From Candidatus Omnitrophota bacterium (GTDB lineage Bacteria > Omnitrophota > Gorgyraeia > Gygaellales > Profunditerraquicolaceae): a stretch of DNA of 64,000 bases. The first letter of the stretch is position 1. Every line of letters begins with the position of its first letter. The stretch covers positions 73,829-137,828 of the forward strand of contig JBAZJY010000003.1 in the NCBI GenBank assembly GCA_041651115.1. Reading direction: 5' to 3'. The position numbers and the translations under genes were made by a program. The notes beneath the pieces are model-generated. The model did no database searches and was not told the DNA's origin. It saw only the letters and a list, made by a program, of their open reading frames with translations. Shown in pieces: positions 57,520 to 64,000 of this stretch.

Positions 57520-59047
57520 TACCTGCCTCCTTAATAAGGCTTTCTGCCATATTCCTGTCCAAATATGCCTTGGCCATCAGATAATTATATGTTCCCTCTG
57601 CAAGGTTCTTCTGTATTTGCGCCAAAGAGACCTGCGCATCCAATACGTCAAGATTGATCGCCACCCCGTTATCATAACTCACCTCGGCGATCCTTAATGC
57701 CTCGGCAGCTTCTTCAATATTGTCTTTCTGCGAAATAATGATCGCTTCTGCCTCTCTCAAGTCAAGACAGCCTTTACGGATATCTACGGCGATCTGGTCA
57801 GTCAGATTGTCTTTATCTAAAAGCGCCTGCGCATACTGCGCTTTTGCCGCATCTACTTTCGCCTTAGTGGAAAATCCTTCAAATATGGGAACGGTAACCG
57901 ACACCCCGGCATTCCAATTCCTGTGTTTTGCGTCAAAAATATTACCCGTATTATTTGAGCGTTGAAGTAGCTCCGCCTGTATGCTGATATCCGGCCGGTA
58001 GCCTGACTTAGCCATGCTGATCGACCACTTATTTATATCCACGCCTAATTCTTTAAGGATCAATTCCGGCTTTTTCAAATATGCGGTTTTCAGGAACTCG
58101 TCTTCCCTTATCTCAATGGGAGCGTATTCCAATTTTTCCTCTGTCTCTATCGGGGTATTTACCTTCCGGCTAAAAAGCTTATTTAATTCGGCTTTTATAT
58201 AATTAATATCATTGCCGGCCTGGATTAATTGCGGTATCAGCAAAGAAACCTGTACCTTTGACTGCAGCACGTCAAAACGCGAAGCTGTGCCGTGGGTAAA
58301 TTTATCTTCCACGTTTTGATAGTGCTCTTTTGCCTGGCCGACTAAATCCCTGGCAATCCGCTCCGATTCATAAGCCAGAAGCAGACCGTAATAAAGCCGC
58401 TTTGCTTCAAATTCCACGTCTAATTTTTTGGCGCGTAATGTTTCTTCCGCCACCTGCAGATTGATCCGGGACTGCTTAAGGTTGGCAAGATTAGCCCCTC
58501 CATTATAGACCGATTCATTAATGAACAGGCCTATCTGATTGTCGTTATGAAAACCGGTAACGATAGTCTCGGCAAAGACTTTATCGTTATGAGTATAGGA
58601 TGCGCCTAAGTTTATGTGCGGCAGGAACCGGCTGCGCGCGTCAAGGATATTTGCCTTGGCTACCGCGATCCCCTGTTCCTGTATCTGGATATCTTTATTG
58701 CCCTGGAAAGCAATGGTGATCGCATCTTTAAGGGTAAGCGGCTGTTCCTGTGCGTATAAAAGCGGGGCACAGAAAAGTAAGACGATCAGGCACATCTTCG
58801 CGGATTTGGAAACTATGCTTTTTAATTCATTATATATAGGATAGCCTTTATTGATGCGGAAAAACCGGGCATTGGCCTTATATTCGCTCAAAAGCAGCCC
58901 TTCCTTATGCAGGCTGTATAAAGCAGACTGGAACACGCCTGGCCGCTTGCCCAGCCGGCGGCCGATTTCCTGTATATAGAACTGCTGCTCCGGATGCGCG
59001 TAAAACAGCTTAAGCAGATTAAGTTTATTCTTGCCTAATAGCTTCAT
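57503..59047 (-). CDS. TolC-like outer-membrane efflux protein whose ORF begins in frame with an 84-aa winged-HTH domain
   Basis: Residues 85-514 have a signal peptide (MCLIVLLFCAPLLYAQE) and TolC/OprM-type coiled-coil/beta-barrel repeats. Residues 1-84 (MKLLGKNKLNLLKLFYAHPEQQFYIQEIGRRLGKRPGVFQSALYSLHKEGLL...) look like a wHTH DNA-binding domain. There is no stop codon between them. A start for the TolC part alone would be at 58795. Confidence 0.65.
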   Translation of the reverse strand: MKLLGKNKLNLLKLFYAHPEQQFYIQEIGRRLGKRPGVFQSALYSLHKEGLLLSEYKANARFFRINKGYPIYNELKSIVSKSAKMCLIVLLFCAPLLYAQEQPLTLKDAITIAFQGNKDIQIQEQGIAVAKANILDARSRFLPHINLGASYTHNDKVFAETIVTGFHNDNQIGLFINESVYNGGANLANLKQSRINLQVAEETLRAKKLDVEFEAKRLYYGLLLAYESERIARDLVGQAKEHYQNVEDKFTHGTASRFDVLQSKVQVSLLIPQLIQAGNDINYIKAELNKLFSRKVNTPIETEEKLEYAPIEIREDEFLKTAYLKKPELILKELGVDINKWSISMAKSGYRPDISIQAELLQRSNNTGNIFDAKHRNWNAGVSVTVPIFEGFSTKAKVDAAKAQYAQALLDKDNLTDQIAVDIRKGCLDLREAEAIIISQKDNIEEAAEALRIAEVSYDNGVAINLDVLDAQVSLAQIQKNLAEGTYNYLMAKAYLDRNMAESLIKEAGNEKTD

Positions 59048-59060
59048 CTCTCTTTTCCCA

Positions 59061-59121
59061 TATATGCTTTTAGCATATAATTATATTATCTTAAATACAA
59101 TTATATGCTTTTTTCATATAT
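59061..59121. promoter_or_regulatory. Two operator-like palindromes, TATATGC-N5-GCATATA (59061-59079) and TATATG-N7-CATATA (59103-59121)
   Basis: Both are seen directly in the sequence. One sits inside the promoter spacer and one in the 5' UTR, about 20 nt before the ATG at 59047, which is the classic autorepressor layout. Confidence 0.45.
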
Positions 59122-59127
59122 TGTCAA
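59100..59127 (-). promoter_or_regulatory. Perfect consensus sigma-70 promoter TTGACA-N16-TATAAT upstream of the wHTH-TolC ORF
   Basis: The minus strand reads tgcTTGACAatatatgaaaaaagcaTATAATtg. The 16-nt spacer consists of the palindrome TATATG-N7-CATATA. Confidence 0.55.
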
Positions 59128-59135
59128 GCAAAAAA

Positions 59136-59184
59136 TAGGGACAGAGACTACTTTTCTATAATAGAAAAGTAGTCTCTGTCCCTA
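59136..59184. repeat. Palindromic element family B copy 2
   Basis: tagggacagagactacttttct-ataata-gaaaagtagtctctgtcccta flanked by aaaaa/ttttt. It differs from copy 1 by paired compensatory changes (agcc/ggct versus agac/gtct) that keep the stem intact. Confidence 0.65.
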
Positions 59185-59598
59185 TTTTTTCCTACGCATT
59201 AAAAGCCGGATAGTAAATAGCAAAAGCATAACAAATATCGCTGCCGTACGCAGGTTTTTCAACATCATGACCGTGTTTCTTTTTTCCGAAACAATATTTT
59301 TCAGGTATCCTTGAGGGTCTTCTATGCCTGGCAGCTGGCTTTGGAACTGCCTTGCCAGTTTTGATACACGGGGCATGCTATTATTGGAAAGTATTGCCGT
59401 AAGCTCTTTTTCCATGCCTTCGGCTGAACCGATATCATAGGCAACCGAAAGCCTGTCATAGAAAAGAAGGTCCAGGCCGTAACGCTCCATTTTTCTTACA
59501 GCGTAAAAGTTGGCAAAGAGCACGCAGAAAAAAAACATCACGGTAAGGGCGATCTTCATTTTAAGATGCCTCCTACTTTCCATTTCCGAGAAAAACAT
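59182..59598 (-). CDS. Hypothetical small membrane protein
   Basis: 138 aa with N- and C-terminal hydrophobic helices and no recognisable motif. Confidence 0.3.
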   Translation of the reverse strand: MFFSEMESRRHLKMKIALTVMFFFCVLFANFYAVRKMERYGLDLLFYDRLSVAYDIGSAEGMEKELTAILSNNSMPRVSKLARQFQSQLPGIEDPQGYLKNIVSEKRNTVMMLKNLRTAAIFVMLLLFTIRLLMRRKK

Positions 59599-61723
59599 CT
59601 TTAAAGGTCTTTATAATATCCACTACCGCGGTCTTAAATTTAAATTTAGGCTCTTTAAGGGTGCCGCTGACCCTGATCACCCCTACTTTGGTGGCTTGGC
59701 CGAGGATGGCGGTAGTAAAATCTTTTATTGTACCGGTCAGCGGAGCATCCGGCATGACTTCAGTATTCAGTTCAGCCTCAAGCGAGCCGTTAAAGCCGAT
59801 CCTTGCCTGCCCGGTGATCGCCATGAGCTGGCTTTGCATCTTTATGCTATCGGTAGAAACATATTCATTTTGAATAACAAAACCGCATGAGCCTTCGCTA
59901 AACATGACATTGGTAAAATCGCTGGTAAAGAGAAGCGCGCCAATGCCTTTAAAGAAATTCAGTTCCCAGAGCTTGCCTTCGGTGACCGCGATGGCGCCTG
60001 CGCCGCTTAATTTGGAAAGGTCGTTAGAAAAACCGTTTATCTTAACCTGCGCCTTTATTGAGCCGGCAATGTTATTTGAAGCCAACGCGGTATCGTTCTT
60101 TAATTTCTCTATTTTTACCCCCTCAATGCCGGCGCTTATCCAATATGGAAGGTTTTCCGATTTTAAGTTCATTTTCGCAGATGCCTCAATAAAGCCGTCA
60201 TATAGAGCCATGCGCATTGTCGGGATATCGGCAATGCCATTATCCTGCGTATAATGCATAACAAAATCGCCGGATTTCAAGCCATAAAAACCTACGGAGC
60301 CGGAAGACAGGCCTGCTTCAATAAAACATGATTTGATGTCCTTTATGTTGCCGTCAAGCCTTCCCTCTACGGCCAGGATCCCCCGAAGATTTATCTTATC
60401 CAGCATCTCCTTATGTTTTCTTAACGGCTCTCTTATATCATCAAGATTAACATTCATCCGGTATGAAGCAGATGTTTCAATAACGGAGGGCTCGCTAAAA
60501 TCAAGGTCAGCCAAACAGGAGAACTCTGATCCGGCGTAACGTCCGTTAAGACTTGAGACGGTTAGTTTTTTCCCGGCAACTGTAAATGCCGATTCCAGGG
60601 TTAATTTATCCGAACCCAGCCTGAGCTGCACCTGCGGAGAATTAAAATTGGTAAGTTCTCCGGATGACATGTAGACCTGGTCCGCATATTTAAAATTAAT
60701 GTTTTCCCAAGCGAGATGATCCGGCCTAAGCTTAAGCGCGCCATTAAGAGAACTGATTCCGGCTGCGGAATCCCCGAACTTTATGTCCGCGTCTGAAATT
60801 CCCATATCCGCTGAATAATCAAACTTTCCGGCATCCGGGCCATACCGCGCATCGACTCTCACAGCCGAAACAATGCGCCCGCTTACTCCATCTTTCACAA
60901 AAGATATTTGTTGCGGCTTGATATTCAGATCTGCGGACACGACATTGTCTTTGAAGCGTATGTTTGCCGTGGCGTCAATACTGCCTTCGGTCAGGCAAAC
61001 CCCTAATCCGCGGCAATAAGTATTAAGACTGCCTGCCACCAGCCCCTTGACCGCGGCCTCAACTGCCAATGCCTTATCGGCAATAACATATTCTCCGGAG
61101 GCAACTACCCTGGCTGCGGGGCCAACGATGCTCTCGTGCCTGGCTTCAAACTGCAAATTAAATTTTATTTTTGCCGGCAGCGATAAAAATACGGATAAAT
61201 TAACCTTATCCGCCAGGACGGAAAATGCCGGGCTGCAGGTATTATCGCAGAAATCAACCTTACCTCCGGTAATACTGACCCTTGGGACGAGCAGCTTAAA
61301 ACCGGTACTGCCTGAACCCGGCGCTGGCCGATCGGAAAATAATCCGGAAACGTTGAACGAGCCATCCTGCCTGCGCTCCAGGAACAGCACCGGAGACCTG
61401 ACTTTTAAAGCCGGCACAATAATCTGCTTTTTAAAAAACGGCCAGATAAGAAAAGTACATGAAGCTTCTTTTATTTTTAAGAGTTCTTTATCGCCGTCAT
61501 ATACCGTAATGCCTCGCAATACCAGACCCTTAAAAATATTGAACTGCAGGGATTCTAAAACAGTCCTTTTTTGCAGCGAATCGCTGATCCCCTTGATCAC
61601 CACTGCCTTTAATTTCTGCGGCAGGACTACCTGGTTCAAATAGATGATGCCTCCGGCTGCCAGCAAAAATAAAACTACAAGGCTGAAAATAATCGCCTTC
61701 TTTATCTTCGTCTTTTTTCCCAT
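59573..61723 (-). CDS. AsmA-family (TamB-like) envelope protein
   Basis: 716 aa. N-terminal anchor (IIFSLVVLFLLAAGGIIYLN) followed by a long beta-rich domain. Confidence 0.55.
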   Translation of the reverse strand: MGKKTKIKKAIIFSLVVLFLLAAGGIIYLNQVVLPQKLKAVVIKGISDSLQKRTVLESLQFNIFKGLVLRGITVYDGDKELLKIKEASCTFLIWPFFKKQIIVPALKVRSPVLFLERRQDGSFNVSGLFSDRPAPGSGSTGFKLLVPRVSITGGKVDFCDNTCSPAFSVLADKVNLSVFLSLPAKIKFNLQFEARHESIVGPAARVVASGEYVIADKALAVEAAVKGLVAGSLNTYCRGLGVCLTEGSIDATANIRFKDNVVSADLNIKPQQISFVKDGVSGRIVSAVRVDARYGPDAGKFDYSADMGISDADIKFGDSAAGISSLNGALKLRPDHLAWENINFKYADQVYMSSGELTNFNSPQVQLRLGSDKLTLESAFTVAGKKLTVSSLNGRYAGSEFSCLADLDFSEPSVIETSASYRMNVNLDDIREPLRKHKEMLDKINLRGILAVEGRLDGNIKDIKSCFIEAGLSSGSVGFYGLKSGDFVMHYTQDNGIADIPTMRMALYDGFIEASAKMNLKSENLPYWISAGIEGVKIEKLKNDTALASNNIAGSIKAQVKINGFSNDLSKLSGAGAIAVTEGKLWELNFFKGIGALLFTSDFTNVMFSEGSCGFVIQNEYVSTDSIKMQSQLMAITGQARIGFNGSLEAELNTEVMPDAPLTGTIKDFTTAILGQATKVGVIRVSGTLKEPKFKFKTAVVDIIKTFKDVFLGNGK

Positions 61724-62601
61724 ACGAAAAATTTTCTTATCAGCCGCGGCCGGAATAAAATAATGAATCCCCAGCCAACAAGATCATAGAGGATAATAAA
61801 CGGAAGGCTAAATAAAAATCCAAACAAGCTGTCGTTTTTGATCATCGCCAGATACCTGTTCTTGATCAGGTCAAAATACAGTTCATCGCTTAAATAACGG
61901 CGCGCAAGCCTCTTGCCATGCCCGGCAACAGGCCGGGCAGTGCCTCCCCGGAGATGATAAGCTACGGCCGCGGGCATATAATATCCTTTCCATCCCCGGT
62001 TCTGGCCGCGCCAGGCAATATCCAGGTCTTCATAAAAAAAACCAAAATCTTCGTCAAGATATTCCCCGTTGCGCTTTAACGCTTCCAGCATTTCCCGGCG
62101 ATAAAAAGCCGCTGCACCGCTTACTCCGAATACATAACCCTCGCTTTCAAATCTTCCCGCAGCGGGCTTGCCGTGGCCGCGCTCGCAGGCAGTCCGCGAA
62201 AACGTCAGGAACAACCCGGTAGAATCCAGCGTCTTTTTGTCAAAACGCAGGATCCTGCCTGAAACCATGCCGATCCGCGGATCGCGGCCAAAACCTTTTA
62301 AGGCCTCGGCAATAAAATCCTTTTCCAATACCGCGTCGTCATTCAGGCAAAGTATGAAATCTCCGCTGCTGGCTTCAATGCCTTTATTCAAAGAGCGGCA
62401 ATAAGTCATATTCCGGTTTTCGGAATATATTTTTACCTCCGCATACTGCCGGATGCCATATTCCTCTAACTTACCGCAGGAATTATCAATAACGATTATT
62501 TCCTTATCCGGATGGCTTTGCTGCAATGCCGAATCAAGGCATTGCCGGAAATAACTCTCCTTGCCGGTAGTCGCTATGATAATACTTACTTTACTTGACA
62601 T
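61702..62601 (-). CDS. Family 2 glycosyltransferase
   Basis: VSIIIATTGKESYFRQCLDSALQQ ... CLNDDAVLEKDF carries the GT2 DxD context. Confidence 0.75.
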   Translation of the reverse strand: MSSKVSIIIATTGKESYFRQCLDSALQQSHPDKEIIVIDNSCGKLEEYGIRQYAEVKIYSENRNMTYCRSLNKGIEASSGDFILCLNDDAVLEKDFIAEALKGFGRDPRIGMVSGRILRFDKKTLDSTGLFLTFSRTACERGHGKPAAGRFESEGYVFGVSGAAAFYRREMLEALKRNGEYLDEDFGFFYEDLDIAWRGQNRGWKGYYMPAAVAYHLRGGTARPVAGHGKRLARRYLSDELYFDLIKNRYLAMIKNDSLFGFLFSLPFIILYDLVGWGFIILFRPRLIRKFFVWEKRRR

Positions 62602-62631
62602 TTTTTTTTGCTTTGTTAGAATTATATCACA

Positions 62632-63762
62632 ATGGTTCCGTTCCTGCTAATCCTAATCTTCATCCGGCCATTCATTTCATCACTGGCCTTCCCTGAAATA
62701 AACCTCTGTTTTTCCTTCCTGCTTCTCCTGACGCTGGGCATTTGCCTGGTACAAAAAAAGAATGTGCCCGGGATATCCAATCACTTGAAACTGGCGCTGA
62801 ACTTTTTCTTCCTGGCCCTGTGCGTATCGCTTGTCTTCTCGGCGGACATCATCGCCGGCGTGGCGGAATTATATAAGTACATAACCGCGGTATTAATCTT
62901 AATAACCGTTTCCCGCTTTGACCGCGAAGAAAGAGAAAACACCATCCGCATCATTGCTTTATCCGGGTTGATCGTCAGCATTGTCTCCATATACCAGTAT
63001 TTTTTTGGTTTCCAGCACCTGATTGATTATTTATCCCGGAAAAAGATCAACGATCCCTTCATCCTGGATATCATCAGCCGCAAACGCGTATTTTTCCCCT
63101 TTGTCACGCCGAACACCCTGGCAGGATTCCTGGTAATGGTAATACCTCTTACCATGGCAGTCAAAAGCAGATGGCTATTCCTCGTGCCGATGCTGGCTGC
63201 GCTTTTACTCACTAAATCGTTAAGCGGGCTTTTTTGCCTGCTTTTGGCTTTAGGGCTGTATAGTTACTTAAGGGTGGCGATCGACAGGAAAAAAATCATT
63301 TTCCTGATCGGCATAGCCGTGGCCGGGGTGATCGTGTTGTTTATAAGGTCAAATGCACCCGGCGAACACACCCATCCGCTGTTTTCGTCATTAATGCGCT
63401 GGAATTACTGGAAACAGACCTTTGCGCTGATCAAGTCTTCGCCGTTTACCGGAACAGGGATCGGTAATTTTAACCTTAACCTCTCGCGCTACGCGCATAA
63501 CTCTTATCTGCAGATCTGGGCGGAAATGGGTTTATTGAGCGTGGCAAGTTTTCTGTGGATGGTTTTCTTGAGCTTCCGGGACTGCGCAAATAACTCAAGG
63601 CGGCTGCCTGCCAAAAGCCGGACCCCTCTGGCCGCGGGATTAATGGCTGCCAGCGCCGCTTTCCTTATTCATAACCTGATTGATTTTAGTTTTTTCCTGC
63701 CGGAAGTATCGCTGTTTTGGTGGGTGATCCTGGGGTTAATGTCCTGCGCTCATCTCCAATAA
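62632..63762 (+). CDS. O-antigen ligase-family (Wzy_C) membrane protein
   Basis: 376 aa with about 10 TM helices. The periplasmic loop with the HNSYLQIWAEMGLL motif resembles the Wzy_C signature. It is the only plus-strand gene in the window. Confidence 0.7.
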   Translation: MVPFLLILIFIRPFISSLAFPEINLCFSFLLLLTLGICLVQKKNVPGISNHLKLALNFFFLALCVSLVFSADIIAGVAELYKYITAVLILITVSRFDREERENTIRIIALSGLIVSIVSIYQYFFGFQHLIDYLSRKKINDPFILDIISRKRVFFPFVTPNTLAGFLVMVIPLTMAVKSRWLFLVPMLAALLLTKSLSGLFCLLLALGLYSYLRVAIDRKKIIFLIGIAVAGVIVLFIRSNAPGEHTHPLFSSLMRWNYWKQTFALIKSSPFTGTGIGNFNLNLSRYAHNSYLQIWAEMGLLSVASFLWMVFLSFRDCANNSRRLPAKSRTPLAAGLMAASAAFLIHNLIDFSFFLPEVSLFWWVILGLMSCAHLQ

Positions 63763-64000
63763 TTCGCTTACCGTAACAAAGCGATAACCTTTTTCTTTCA
63801 GCTTTTCAATCAGCCTGGGAAGGGTCTTAGTTGTCTGCTTGCGGTTACCGCCTTCTATTCTAAAAGCGCCTCCGGCATCGTGAAAAAGCACGATGTCTCC
63901 GGGCCGGGCGTTCTTATAGATATAGTTTCTGATATGTTTGTCGTCAAATCTTACCCAATCCTTGGAATTAAGCGACCAAAGGACAGTCGTATAACCAAGG
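63736..64000 (-). CDS. Polysaccharide deacetylase (NodB-homology domain). C-terminal part only; the 5' end lies beyond the window.
   Basis: Reverse translation gives ...TVLWSLNSKDW ... GDIVLFHDAGG ... KGYRFVTVSELLEMSAGH*. LWSxDSxDW and hydrophobic-HD are NodB motifs 4/5. The stop codon is at 63736-63738, inside the 3' end of the convergent ligase gene. Confidence 0.8.
   Translation of the reverse strand, partial: LGYTTVLWSLNSKDWVRFDDKHIRNYIYKNARPGDIVLFHDAGGAFRIEGGNRKQTTKTLPRLIEKLKEKGYRFVTVSELLEMSAGH

Noticed and set aside
11164-59184. CRISPR array interpretation of the recurring palindromes
   Set aside because: Copies are tens of kilobases apart, single, and palindromic, and no cas genes are present. 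They do not form regularly spaced direct repeats with spacers.
61047-61643. 198-aa plus-strand ORF
   Set aside because: It is antisense to the AsmA-family gene and has no support.

Overview
This 64-kb window (roughly 50% GC) appears to come from an uncultivated, probably anaerobic bacterium. It holds about 67 protein-coding genes, and all but one are on the minus strand. No rRNA, tRNA or CRISPR arrays were recognised.

From the low-coordinate end the gene order is: the N-terminus of rpoD, then dnaG, a Nif3-like protein, CvpA, an MBL-fold hydrolase, a NYN-domain protein, purC, GTP-dependent PEPCK, trxB, lipA, def, panD, and an ackA-pta pair with the pta N-terminal regulatory domain encoded as a separate gene. 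These are followed by trxA, a B12-binding radical SAM enzyme, a type IV pilin-like gene flanked by a duplicated promoter, and an operon of ECF sigma factor, zf-HC2 anti-sigma factor and a membrane CHAT-protease/TPR protein. Next come the H+-pyrophosphatase gene, exbBD, and a 12-13-gene energy-converting group 4 [NiFe] hydrogenase locus whose membrane arm resembles complex I and includes three Mrp/NuoLMN-like antiporter subunits. The remaining genes are osmC, a second B12 radical SAM enzyme, two cold-shock genes, a UvrD-type helicase, pgi, glgP, a YbhGFSR-like ABC-2/HlyD/TolC exporter, and an envelope-polysaccharide cluster (AsmA-like protein, GT2, O-antigen ligase, polysaccharide deacetylase).

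The most unusual features are:
- a 1012-aa ORF that fuses a transmembrane anchor, coiled coil and Pro/Glu-rich linker in frame to a full-length elongation factor G. A second gene with a near-identical anchor plus coiled coil sits at the head of the hydrogenase operon.
- two families of TA-flanked palindromic MITE/REP-like elements sharing TAGGGAC termini. One is inserted into the 3' end of ackA and extends its reading frame.
- the ECF sigma/anti-sigma/CHAT-TPR module, together with a repeated 30-nt motif that may be its target promoter.
- a winged-HTH domain fused in frame to a TolC-like outer-membrane protein, downstream of a perfect consensus sigma-70 promoter overlapped by operator-like palindromes.
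- a 388-nt structured non-coding region between pgi and the helicase gene.
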